From NCBI GenBank assembly GCA_965215265.1, contig OZ244048.1, positions 4,288,001 through 4,352,000 on the forward strand: DNA of 64,000 nucleotides, in the 5' to 3' direction. A program made the translations under genes and the position numbers. Positions 31,418-43,344 of this stretch are shown piece by piece (position 1 is the stretch's first letter; every line of letters begins with the position of its first letter). This stretch comes from Candidatus Poribacteria bacterium (GTDB taxonomy: Bacteria; Poribacteria; WGA-4E; WGA-3G). The notes beneath the pieces were generated by a model. The model was not told the DNA's origin and made no database searches. It saw nothing but the letters and a program-made list of their open reading frames with translations.

Positions 31418-31777
31418 CTAACCTGCCAAGCGAGGGGCTTTGAAGGGTTTTTTTTATGTTTCATGCTATAATGTATTTAAATTTCTAACCTGCCAAGCGA
31501 GGGGCTTTGAAGGGTGTTCGCCCGTACAACAGGCTACTGTAAAGGTAAAGGCTAACCTGCCAAGCGAGGGGCTTTGAAGGCTCGCTGAAGAGAGTGGCAA
31601 TGTTCCGATGAGCAAACTAACCTGCCAAGCGAGGGGCTTTGAAGGTGTGTGGCAGGGGCATCAAGGGGCTCCTGTTGGCTATACTAACCTGCCAAGCGAG
31701 GGGCTTTGAAGGTCCCCATCTCCCAAGCCCGCCAGACAATCTGTTTTCCTAACCTGCCAAGCGAGGGGCTTTGAAGG
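31418..31777. CRISPR. Orphan CRISPR array A (29-bp repeat, 6 identical repeats, 5 spacers)
   Basis: CTAACCTGCCAAGCGAGGGGCTTTGAAGG at 31418, 31485, 31552, 31617, 31684 and 31749; unique spacers of 38, 38, 36, 38 and 36 bp. Confidence 0.93.
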
Positions 31778-31799
31778 GCTATCTAAAACTGAGATATAT

Positions 31800-31829
31800 A
31801 GTATACCACATCCTTATACAGCTTGTCAA
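31800..31829 (-). promoter_or_regulatory. Sigma-70 promoter/leader firing into array A
   Basis: Minus strand TTGACA-18-TATACT with TGTG extended -10, in an AT-rich flank. Confidence 0.65.
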
Positions 31830-32151
31830 GTTAATTTTTATTTTTTTTACATTGCTGTCGATCTCCTGTTAGGTCTATTTCCTAGGAGGTCGATGACCTT
31901 TGATACGGTAAAGGGTTATCCGTTGTTTTCTGTCAAAATGGCAAGGAACTTGGGGCACAATATCCTCGTTTCACGGCGACCGACAGCAGTTTGTAAACCG
32001 CACGCTATGGCACCGGGCTTGTCTATAGTAGAGTTGCGGCTAGATTCGGGAAGCACCGGATATCCTCAAGTACTTGCTCATCATCCCAAATTTTGTATTA
32101 AATTCACGTTAATTGATGCCAGAGTTTGTAGGGACGAGATTACCTCTCCGA

Positions 32152-33090
32152 TTAGTAACCGAGTAGCGCGATACCTTCCCGATAAGTTTGCGCGGAATGT
32201 TGTAAGGAGGCGAGTTCATCGTTCGTCAATTCAATTTCAACAATCTGCTCCACGCCGCTTGCACCGAGTTTAATAGGCACGCCGATGTACAGATCATCAA
32301 TTCCGAATTGTCCAGTGAGATGTGCCGAACACGGCAGCAAGCGTTTCTTATCCAAAATAATTGCTTCCGCCATCTGTGCTAGTGAGGCCCCTGCGGCATA
32401 ATATCCACTCGTCTTCAGCAGATTAACGATTTCAGCACCGCCATCGCGGGTGCGCTGTGCCATTGCCTCAATACGTTCTTCTGCTATTAACTGAGGAATC
32501 GGAATCCCATTAACGGTCGTATAACGCGGTAACGGTACCATCGTGTCGCCGTGCCCGCCTAGCACAAGAGCGTGGATATCTTCCACGGATACGCCCAATT
32601 CCAACGAGATAAAATAGCGGAACCGTGCTGAGTCCAGCACGCCTGCCTGCCCCACAACCCGATGCGATGGGAAACCGGAAACTTTCCATGCGTGATACGT
32701 CATGATATCTAACGGATTCGTTAGCATCATAATGATGCAATCGGGTGAGTGCTTAACGACGTTTTCAGTGACGCTACCAACGATATTAGCATTGGTTTGT
32801 AACAGATCTTCGCGTGTCATTCCCGGCTTACGTGGGGAGCCGGATGTTATAATGACTAAATCAGAATCTGCGGTTTCGGCGTAATCCAGGCTGCCATCAA
32901 TTGCGGCATCAAACAGCTCTACAGGGGACATCTGCGCCATGTCCAGGGCTTTGCCTTGTGGAACTCCATCAACGATGTCGATCATAACAACATCTGCGAG
33001 TTGTTTTTGCGCGATGAGGAACGCCGCAGTCGCGCCGACGTTGCCTGCTCCAATCACACTAATTTTCTTTCTTGCCACGTTTTCCTCCAT
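32152..33090 (-). CDS. mdh: Malate dehydrogenase (LDH-like)
   Basis: GAGNVG, QGKALD, PRKPGMTREDL, GVLDSARF, GGHGD, RTRDGGAEIV. Confidence 0.95.
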   Translation of the reverse strand: MEENVARKKISVIGAGNVGATAAFLIAQKQLADVVMIDIVDGVPQGKALDMAQMSPVELFDAAIDGSLDYAETADSDLVIITSGSPRKPGMTREDLLQTNANIVGSVTENVVKHSPDCIIMMLTNPLDIMTYHAWKVSGFPSHRVVGQAGVLDSARFRYFISLELGVSVEDIHALVLGGHGDTMVPLPRYTTVNGIPIPQLIAEERIEAMAQRTRDGGAEIVNLLKTSGYYAAGASLAQMAEAIILDKKRLLPCSAHLTGQFGIDDLYIGVPIKLGASGVEQIVEIELTNDELASLQHSAQTYREGIALLGY

Positions 33091-33096
33091 TTCAGA

Positions 33097-33216
33097 TTTT
33101 TCGTATACTGTAGTACCATCAAAAATGATGTACTACAACTCCCGTGTAAATCTTGTGGCAGGTTAGGTATTCTTGTCTCTCTTTTCAGGAGAGACAAGAT
33201 AACCTTATACCTGCCA
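33097..33216. repeat. Family A arm fused to a family B hairpin
   Basis: TTTTCGTATAC...GTGTAAATCT followed within a few bases by TGGCAGGTTAGGTATTCTTGTCTCTC...GAGAGACAAGA...CCTGCCA. Confidence 0.8.
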
Positions 33217-33503
33217 TCTATAGATCAGAGACTTCTTATGTTTAGTTTTTAGATTCAAAAGATGCTTGTAGTTCACGTATCAGTTCGCGGGCACTCTTAT
33301 TCGGTTCGTCATCAAGTTTCCGCCATAAATTTTGACTTACTGTTCCCAGTCTCTATTCCAAACTTATTAATCAGATATCCAAAATGTTCCTTTCGTGAAA
33401 GTGAACGAAGCTTTAAAAAATCGCATCCCCTCAGCTGTTGCAGAGAGTTCGCGAATTCTATCGTTCTTGAATAGACTCACAGCAGTGTTAAAATCCAACA
33501 TTC

Positions 33504-34005
33504 TCAATGACTTTCCGTCGGATATCGGGTCGTCCAACCATTTACATTGCTAAAGGTAGCTACGGTTTGGAGTCGGCACTTCTTACTTATCTCCTTTCCG
33601 TACAACAAAACGAAATCTGTTTTTAATCCACCTTTTCTATTATCCTGAAGAATCGATCCAGCAGAATATGCACTCGGATAACATCCAATATATGAAAGCC
33701 CCGTAGCCGCTTCCAATTCATGAAGGTTTTGCCAATGACAAGCAGATCTTGTATTAAAGACGATTGCCAAAAACCCATTTTTTTCTAAGACGCGGGCACA
33801 CTGGTAGAAGATCACCGCTAACTTTTTGTTATAAGCTTGGATATCTTTGCCACGTGCCTTCGCATTTAAAACAACAAGCTCGTCTGCGTAGTTGGAATTA
33901 AGCGATAATATGCTGTTCCACATCTCACTAAGCTCCAAATACGGAATCCTGTCTCCGTGAGGCGGATCTGTTAAAATAACTTTGATTGAGCCTGTTGGAA
34001 TCTCC
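33504..34005 (-). pseudogene. C-terminal fragment of an adenine-specific DNA methyltransferase
   Basis: IPTGSIKVILTDPPHGDRIPYLELSEMW...RVLEKNG.L...FN; N-terminus cut off at a family B repeat (34015-34069). Confidence 0.7.
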
Positions 34006-34086
34006 GCAGTGGGTGGCAGGTAAAAGGTAATCTTCTCTCATGGACAGAGAAAGAATACCTATCCTGCCACTTTTTTCCCTCCTTGG

Positions 34087-35331
34087 CTAAAAGCTTTCGA
34101 TAATCGCGCTACCAAATTCGGATGTGCGGACCTTCGTCGCATCTTCCATGAGCCGTTCCAAATCATACGTCACCCGTTTTTGAAGGATGGTTTTCTCAAG
34201 GCCAGCGATAATAAGGTTGGCGGCTTCTTGCCACCCTATATGCTCAAGCATCATCACTGCAGAAAGAATGAGAGAACTCGGATTGACTACATCTTGATCT
34301 GCGTATTTGGGTGCGGTGCCGTGTGTCGCTTCAAATAGTGCCACTTCGTCATTCAAGTTCCCGCCAGGTGCCATGCCGATTCCTCCAACTTGTGCAGCAG
34401 CGGCATCAGACAGATAGTCCCCGTTCAGGTTAGGTGTAACGATGACATCGTATTCGTCGGTACGCGTCAAAATCTGCTGCAACATGCTATCAGCGATACG
34501 GTCATTGATGACAATTTTGCCGTCTGGAACTTTTCCATCAAAATTGCTATAGAGTTCATCTTCCGTGATGGTTTTGTCTGCAAATTCTTCTTTGGCGAGC
34601 TCGTATCCCCAGGTGCAGAAGGCACCTTCGGTGAATTTCATGATGTTGCCTTTGTGGACAAAGGTGACGCTCCGACGGTTGTGTTCAATTGCATATTGGA
34701 TGGCCATACGTGCAAGGCGTTTCGTACCAAAGATGCTAATCGGTTTCACACCGACTCCAGAGTCTTCACGGACAGCCACACCCATTTCAGTGCTGAGCAA
34801 TTCAATAAACTTTTTGGCTTCAGGTGTTCCTTGTTCCCATTCAATGCCTGCATAAACGTCCTCAGTATTCTCTCGAAATATGACGACATCCATCTTTTCA
34901 GGATGAGTGACAGGTGCTGGTACGCCTCGGAAATATCGGACGGGCCGGACGCATGCGTAAAGTTCAAGCACTTGGCGCAAGGTTACGTTTAGGCTGCGAA
35001 ATCCACCACCAACGGGTGTTGTCAAAGGTCCTTTCAAAGCGACGCGAAAATATTGAATTGCGTCGAAAGTATCTTGTGGCAGCCACTCGTTGTACTTCTC
35101 TATAGCGTTTTCGCCGGCGTAGACATCAAACCAGACGATCTGTTTTTCGCCACCATAAGCGTTTTGGATGGCGGCATCAACAACACGACGGGTAGTTTTC
35201 ATGATGTCTCTACCGATGCCGTCGCCTTCAATGACAGGAATAATCGGTTTGTGTGGGACAATCCGCTGTCCGTTGTCAATTTCAATTCTTTTGCCTTTTG
35301 TAGGGACTCTTAATTGCTCCAGTTCAATCAC
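34087..35331 (-). CDS. icd: Isocitrate dehydrogenase (NADP, homodimeric)
   Basis: [60 protein letters not shown]. Confidence 0.97.
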   Translation of the reverse strand: MIELEQLRVPTKGKRIEIDNGQRIVPHKPIIPVIEGDGIGRDIMKTTRRVVDAAIQNAYGGEKQIVWFDVYAGENAIEKYNEWLPQDTFDAIQYFRVALKGPLTTPVGGGFRSLNVTLRQVLELYACVRPVRYFRGVPAPVTHPEKMDVVIFRENTEDVYAGIEWEQGTPEAKKFIELLSTEMGVAVREDSGVGVKPISIFGTKRLARMAIQYAIEHNRRSVTFVHKGNIMKFTEGAFCTWGYELAKEEFADKTITEDELYSNFDGKVPDGKIVINDRIADSMLQQILTRTDEYDVIVTPNLNGDYLSDAAAAQVGGIGMAPGGNLNDEVALFEATHGTAPKYADQDVVNPSSLILSAVMMLEHIGWQEAANLIIAGLEKTILQKRVTYDLERLMEDATKVRTSEFGSAIIESF

Positions 35332-35539
35332 GGGTGTTCCTCTCTAATATTCTGCTTCAAACTATGGGTGTGATGTTTCGCCGTTAAGCCTGGCGAGCGA
35401 TTTGAATCAAAGTTGTCTTTCTCATCCTGGCGAATAAGAGTATATCTACTTTTTCGTATATCTCCGTACCATCAACGTCTATGTTTTGACAACTCGTGTG
35501 TAAATCTCGTCGGAGATTCCTTAGGTTATGATTCCTCAA

Positions 35540-37096
35540 TTAACCAAACGCGTTAGCTCCTGCCAAGCGGTTGTGTAGGTTAACCACCTCGTTCGTGATA
35601 GTCATATCATCGGTAGCTGCGGGAATGATGTCCGGGTGTGGTGGTATGACCGGTCTGATAATTTTCAGTTGGAGTTGTTCGCGCGCGTCCATCATCCAGC
35701 CAAAACCGCGGAAGATATAGGTAAGTAAGGTCCGGTCAGTTTCATAGATGTCTAATCCCTCTTGTACTGTCCATCCCCCGAAGTCCGTATTAGGCGTGAC
35801 TCGGAGCGGCGGGTCGTTTTCTCTTCCGGGACGAATGATGCCTTGAATGAAAGCGAGCTGGTAAATTCGCTGCATAATCCCTAACCGTTTTTTCTGTCTG
35901 TCGCTGAGTTGGATATCACCGTTATCAATTGCTTCAAGGAGGGGATTCAGATAGATAGCTGGCCTCGGGTCTTGTTGGATTTCATCTGCGCGTCCAGCTG
36001 CGGCGATTTCAGGGTGCCCAAAGGTTGGAAGTGCAACGAGCATCCGTGCCTGAATCGCTTCATCCAATTGAGCAGGATTTAGCGATTCGAGTTGATTCAT
36101 AAATGCAGTCATATCATGAATCGCGCCGAAATGCCTATCTCCATCAAGCGTCATCTGTGAAGCAACGAAGAAATCAGAGACAGCACCGGTATGCAAAGTA
36201 GCAAGGTAGCGTGCGACAACGTTGGATCCGGCGGAGCCGTGGTGTGTCTGTATGATACCCATTCGCTCTAAAATCTTTGCTTCAACAGGATTTGCCTCTC
36301 TTCCTAAGAGGAGACTGTAGGAAGTCTGAAAGGCAGTCTTGCCATTTTTTTGGTGTGCAACGATAAGGTCATTTGCACGCATTGCTAGCACTTGTGGATG
36401 TAGAGCGGGGTTGCTCCGGAGTTGGTGTCGCATGTAGACAGAGACTGTCCCCAAGGCGACATTTTCCATGTGTGTTCCAATAAGTTCAAAAAGCAGCGCA
36501 CCGGAGGTTCTTGTTCCGTTGATTCCTCTCTGCTGGGGGGCACTGAGTTTACGGAGGGTTGAGAAGTGTTGGATGACTGTTTCAGGACCGGCTTCTGGAA
36601 AGGCTTTTACGAATTCAGCAACTTGATTGATGAGTCGCTGTTTACCGTTGACACTATCTCTGCGAATGTCAGTAAACCTATAAAATTTCTTATCTATTAA
36701 TTCTGATAAAATGGATTCTTCATCTACATCGTTAGCAGTCTTTTCAGGTTTTTTGCCGAAGAGCCCCGCAAAAATGACAAACGCTGGACTGAGCTGGTTG
36801 GCGACGATCTCACTTTCCAAAACAGTCCCGCGAATCGTAAAACTACGGATATTCAGCGTGATTTCTGCGTCACCGCACTTAACGGCTGCCTTGTGCAAGG
36901 CAGGATTCGCAAAAACGGTTGTGGATTGTGGCATTGAACTGAAACTAGTCAGCACTGCTGCAATCTGTTCCTCGCCTAATTCTGTCGCTCTGTTCAGGGA
37001 CTCTGTAACGGGGGTGTACGCTGAAGCTTCAGGTAACTCGGACAGGATTTTTCTCACCGTGGTTACCTTTTTCGCCTCTAAGTTCTTATTCAACAT
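35540..37096 (-). CDS. Divergent citrate synthase/citryl-CoA lyase-fold protein
   Basis: THHG..GS...AR, G.RHFGA, TFGHP, DPR, PNTDF, R.FGW...REQ...IIRP; lies upstream of icd and mdh. Confidence 0.7.
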   Translation of the reverse strand: MLNKNLEAKKVTTVRKILSELPEASAYTPVTESLNRATELGEEQIAAVLTSFSSMPQSTTVFANPALHKAAVKCGDAEITLNIRSFTIRGTVLESEIVANQLSPAFVIFAGLFGKKPEKTANDVDEESILSELIDKKFYRFTDIRRDSVNGKQRLINQVAEFVKAFPEAGPETVIQHFSTLRKLSAPQQRGINGTRTSGALLFELIGTHMENVALGTVSVYMRHQLRSNPALHPQVLAMRANDLIVAHQKNGKTAFQTSYSLLLGREANPVEAKILERMGIIQTHHGSAGSNVVARYLATLHTGAVSDFFVASQMTLDGDRHFGAIHDMTAFMNQLESLNPAQLDEAIQARMLVALPTFGHPEIAAAGRADEIQQDPRPAIYLNPLLEAIDNGDIQLSDRQKKRLGIMQRIYQLAFIQGIIRPGRENDPPLRVTPNTDFGGWTVQEGLDIYETDRTLLTYIFRGFGWMMDAREQLQLKIIRPVIPPHPDIIPAATDDMTITNEVVNLHNRLAGANAFG

Positions 37097-37539
37097 GGAA
37101 TCTCCTTCATTGAAAATTTGGTTAGTCCGAATCTATACAAGGACTTTTCTCTGGTGTGCGTGTGCAGTGTGCCTACGGCGCGTGAGGTTCTGATATTCCG
37201 TGTTAAGAAAGTTTGCAGACTTACCATTATTAATGCTTAAATATTTTAACAAAAATTAAATCGAAAGTCAACATAAAAGTTTTTAGTAAGTGAGTTATTT
37301 GTGCAACTAAAATCTGCGATGTGTCTTGTCCACAGTCGCATCCTTGTTTTTTTTCGCGCCTTTCGATATTGAAATTGAAAATTTATTTGCAGAAATTGGA
37401 AATTTGTAGTATCATTTTAAAGAAGGATATTTGATTAAAGGTACTGCGTTTGTCCTTAGGACAGCCCTCTACCCATATCAGAGGTGAGTTGTACGGTGCC
37501 TAGTATTTATTTTTTTGAGATTGATAAGGAGTTAGCAAT

Positions 37540-37824
37540 ATGCGCAATGAAGCATTAGGAATGGTTGAAACCCGCGGACTGATTGGGGCAATTGAAGCCG
37601 CTGACACAATGGTAAAAGCCGCCAACGTGAAATTGATTGGCAAGGAACAGGTAGGTGGTGGTTTTGTCACCGTCATGGTTCGTGGGGATGTCGGGGCGGT
37701 GCAAGCTGCTACAGAAGCAGGCGCGGAAGCGGCAAAATCGGTCGGTGAATTGGTGTCGGTCCATGTCATCCCCCGCCCGCATTCAGATGTGGAAACCATT
37801 CTCGGTGGCACTTCGGAGGAGTAA
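37540..37824 (+). CDS. BMC-H shell protein (EutM/PduA family)
   Basis: ALGMVETRG...[28 protein letters not shown]. Confidence 0.95.
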   Translation: MRNEALGMVETRGLIGAIEAADTMVKAANVKLIGKEQVGGGFVTVMVRGDVGAVQAATEAGAEAAKSVGELVSVHVIPRPHSDVETILGGTSEE

Positions 37825-37956
37825 TTTGAATCGGGCAAGCTTCGGATGCCTCTTGATGCAATGCTGCATGGGTGAAATTTTCGTCAGAGGCTTCTGAGGC
37901 TCCACGCCGGATGAAAACAGAAAAAAAACGCTTCTACCGGAATTTTGGAGGGTTGA

Positions 37957-39396
37957 ATGACACAAATTGACGAGAAACAGATTGAAGAAATTGTTTCACA
38001 AATCTTAACGACGCTGCAACAAGATGGAACTCTCCCTACGGAATCTGGAACACCAAAAAGTGTTAGCACTGCGAGTTCTTCTTCACGCTCGGGGGTCTTC
38101 GCAACGGTAGATGAGGCTATTTCTGCTGCGAAAGAAGCACAAGCAGCCTTAGTCGCGCTTGGATTCGCTAAACGCCGAGAACTGATTGAGGCGATTAAAC
38201 AGGCATCGCTTGACAATGCAAGCCGACTTGCAGAATTTGCCGTACAAGAGACAAAAATGGGCAATCCCCAACACAAAGTGATGAAAAATGAAGGGGCTGT
38301 CACACTATCACCAGGGGTTGAGGATTTGCAATCAGAGGCCGTAACTGGCGATGCGGGGACGCTCTTGATTGAGTACGTCCCGTTCGGGGTTATTAATTCT
38401 ATTACACCCACGACAAATCCTACTTCGACAGTGATTAACCACGCCATTATCATGCTCGCAGCAGGCAACGCCGTTGTGTTTAGCCCGCACCCCAATGCAC
38501 GCGAATGCACCGAAGAGACGATGCATGTTATCAATGAAGCCATTGTGAAAACTGGCGGACCTGCAAATCTATTGACTTCCGTTGTTAATGCCAATCTGCG
38601 AACAGCTAAACAGATTATGGAGCATCATGATATTGCTATGCTCGTCGCAACCGGGGGTCAGAGCGTTGTCAGGGCGGCATTATCAAGCGGGAAGAAGGCG
38701 ATCGCGGCAGGCCCGGGCAATCCACCTGCGATTATTGACGAAACCGCCGACGTTCCGCAAGCCGCCAAGCACGTTATTGCTGGCACCAGTTTTGACAACA
38801 ACCTACTTTGCATTGGCGAAAAAGCACTTTTTGTGATTGAATCGGTAGCGAATGAAACGGTTCGAGAATTAACACGGAACGGTGGGCACCTTCTGGGCGC
38901 GAGTCAACTTGAAGCATTGGAAGCCGTTGTTAACGTGAATGGGGAAGCAAACAAGGAATACATTGGCAAAGACGCAAAGCAGATTCTAGATGCAGCGGGT
39001 ATTACGGCACCTACCCAGACTGTTGCTGTTGTGGTGGAAGTTCCTGCCGACCATGGGTTTGTGCTTAATGAGTACTTGATGCCAATTTTACCGGTGGTTC
39101 GATGCCGGGATTTTGGCGAAGCGCTCAAGGGTGCTGTTACAGCAGAAGGAGGACGGCGGCATACTGCCGTACTCCATACTAACAACACTGAACGTATCAC
39201 ACAGTTTGCAAAGGCGACAGATTGTAACGTTGTCGTTATCAATGCCCCTTCTTACGCCTGTTGTGGGCTGGAAGGCGAAGGATTTTTGGCTATGACTATC
39301 GCCGGACCCACAGGCGAAGGATTTACTCGACCGCGCACCTTTACACGCCAGAGACGGCTAACGCTTGCAAATAATTTGTCGGTACATACATTGTAA
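37957..39396 (+). CDS. BMC-associated CoA-acylating aldehyde dehydrogenase (EutE/PduP family)
   Basis: N-terminal encapsulation-peptide-like helix IEEIVSQIL; PTTNPT, GPGNPP, SFDNNLLCIGEK, TIAGPTGEG.T. Confidence 0.9.
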   Translation: MTQIDEKQIEEIVSQILTTLQQDGTLPTESGTPKSVSTASSSSRSGVFATVDEAISAAKEAQAALVALGFAKRRELIEAIKQASLDNASRLAEFAVQETKMGNPQHKVMKNEGAVTLSPGVEDLQSEAVTGDAGTLLIEYVPFGVINSITPTTNPTSTVINHAIIMLAAGNAVVFSPHPNARECTEETMHVINEAIVKTGGPANLLTSVVNANLRTAKQIMEHHDIAMLVATGGQSVVRAALSSGKKAIAAGPGNPPAIIDETADVPQAAKHVIAGTSFDNNLLCIGEKALFVIESVANETVRELTRNGGHLLGASQLEALEAVVNVNGEANKEYIGKDAKQILDAAGITAPTQTVAVVVEVPADHGFVLNEYLMPILPVVRCRDFGEALKGAVTAEGGRRHTAVLHTNNTERITQFAKATDCNVVVINAPSYACCGLEGEGFLAMTIAGPTGEGFTRPRTFTRQRRLTLANNLSVHTL

Positions 39397-39426
39397 AAAC
39401 AGAACCACATCTTCCACTATATTACC

Positions 39427-39454
39427 GTAGGGTGAGTCTTGTATCTTGCCCTAC
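39427..39454. repeat. GTAG-type REP-like palindrome
   Basis: GTAGGG...CCCTAC; similar at ~44143-44176, with half sites at 31409, 32128 and 39490. Confidence 0.55.
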
Positions 39455-39515
39455 GTCCTACACTTACTGTGACGTAAATCCATTGAATTGTCCCTACCTT
39501 CTTTTACGAGACTAA

Positions 39516-41552
<2,037 letters not shown>

Positions 41553-41651
41553 CCTGCTGTCAGTTGTCTATATCTGTCTATCATGCTCATATCCTATTTT
41601 TCATCAGGCTGAATCTTCACATTACCGCACCGCGCTTGTAGAGGAAAGTTG

Positions 41652-42032
41652 ATGACATTAACAAAAGAATCAATTACAGACATCCTTTTAGAAAAATCTG
41701 ACTATCTTGTCTCAGCGTATCATATTAGGCGGATTGGCTTATTCGGCTCTTATGCCAAAGGCGTATCTACTGAATTTAGTGACGTTGATATCATTGTTGA
41801 ATTTGAAAAACCGTTAGGTTTTAAGTTCATGGAACTCGCCGACTATCTTGAAGAGCTCCTTGGGAAACCGGTGGATCGTCTCACCGAGGGTGCGCTTCAA
41901 GCTATTCGATATCCACACATTGCTCAATCAATTAGGGAGAGTATCATCTATGTCGAAAAGAACGAACCATGTACGATGCGTATGATGAGTGGGAGACATA
42001 TGTGGTGTGGTAGTAGCGGTGGTAATTATTAA
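41652..42032 (+). CDS. Minimal nucleotidyltransferase (MNT antitoxin); HEPN partner apparently lost
   Basis: GLFGSYAKG...SDVDIIVEF...LEELLG.PVD; an overlapping ATG-TCG-AAA-AGA (MSKR) start is followed by unrelated sequence. Confidence 0.75.
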   Translation: MTLTKESITDILLEKSDYLVSAYHIRRIGLFGSYAKGVSTEFSDVDIIVEFEKPLGFKFMELADYLEELLGKPVDRLTEGALQAIRYPHIAQSIRESIIYVEKNEPCTMRMMSGRHMWCGSSGGNY

Positions 42033-42768
42033 GAAATCCGCTCCTGCCGACTTTTAGAAACTATCCACCTCTCAGTTTCCTAAGGAACAATTTATTTCTA
42101 TAACTTGTTCCATTATTTCTCGTTAAATCGGCAGAGCTCTGCCGATTTAACGCAATTTTCTGAAACGGGCACGAAGACGGATACTAATATGAAAGCTAAA
42201 AATCTCTCTGAGCGTATTTCTAACTGCTTTTTTGACTGGTTAGCGTTTCTTGTGGAGTTTTTTATTTCTATATTTTGAGTTGAGGTCTCCGCATTGGTGC
42301 GCGGTTGCGTTTAAAAGGATACATTTTTTCAGGATTAAATCTCCTATTAGCGTTCTATTCCACTTATGGTTTAGTTAAATGAGGGTGTTTCATAACCAGC
42401 GGTTGGAAAATGTTAGGTTAATCCATGAATTAAAATCGCCAATTTGCTGAATTTCTCCCCATACATTTTCTTTTCCTCCGGCCCCCACCGGAGGATTCTT
42501 TTTTAATTTCCCCTTGTCTCCACTTGATATAACTTCCCCTAAACAGATCGTCCGATCTTCATTTCTGCTTGTCGCTTGCAAACGTATCTTGCGAAACCCG
42601 CACAATTTTGATAAATTCTCGTGCCTCACTGAGAATTTTGCCAACTCCTTCCAGATATCCCTAATATTTTTTCAATTTTTCTGAAGAAAAGCAGAAATTT
42701 TCTGCACTTTTCTGAACCTTTTATCGATAATCCGCCCTCTTGTTATCAAATTCAATCGGATTATCGAG

Positions 42769-43290
42769 ATGCATGACGATACAGGAACGCTACGAAGCGA
42801 TGAAGAATTGATTCAACAACTGCAAGCTGGAGATACGAACGTTCTCGGTGAACTGATGAACTGTTACAATCCACAGATATGGGGCATGATTCTCAGCCAA
42901 TCGCGGCGATACAACCGCGAGGATGCAGAAGAGATTCTCCAAAATACGTGGATTGCGGTGTGGAAATACATCGGCAGCTTGCGTGAAGTGAGCAACTTCA
43001 GACCGTGGTTGTAGAAAATTGCCGCCAACGAGTGTACGCGGTATTACAAGACTGCATACCACTCCAAAAGATTGCGGCAGCGTCACACGAATGGACAAGT
43101 CGCGGCAGTGTTTGAGGTAGTCCAAGAGATGGCATCTATTTACGTAGAGGGTGGTTGAGTTGTGAACACAAGGATTTACGGCAACTGAGACGGCAAAGGC
43201 ACGGTGAAGTCTTGGCGTGCTAAGATACGGAAGGAGTGCCGCGCACGTTTGGGTGTGTCGCGTCCCTGAAAAACCAGAAATGCTGCGATT
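42769..43290 (+). pseudogene. ECF sigma factor, disrupted
   Basis: SDEELI..LQAGD...L...Y, DAEEILQ.TW..VW..I.SL.E...FRPWL*KIAAN with an in-frame TAG at 43012. Confidence 0.8.
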
Positions 43291-43344
43291 CAACCTATTT
43301 ATTGTTGTTTACTTTTATTTTTCTTGACAACTGTTTAAGGAGGA

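Noticed and set aside
31646-31683. An array A spacer contains CATCAAGGGGCTCCTGT, similar to a family A arm end (possible self-targeting)
   Set aside because: Only ~15/17 nt of a 38-nt spacer match, against a degenerate multi-copy family; chance is plausible
28600-32150. cas, tnpB or integrase genes near the arrays
   Set aside because: No ORF in the track shows Cas1, Cas6, Cas7, RuvC or recombinase motifs
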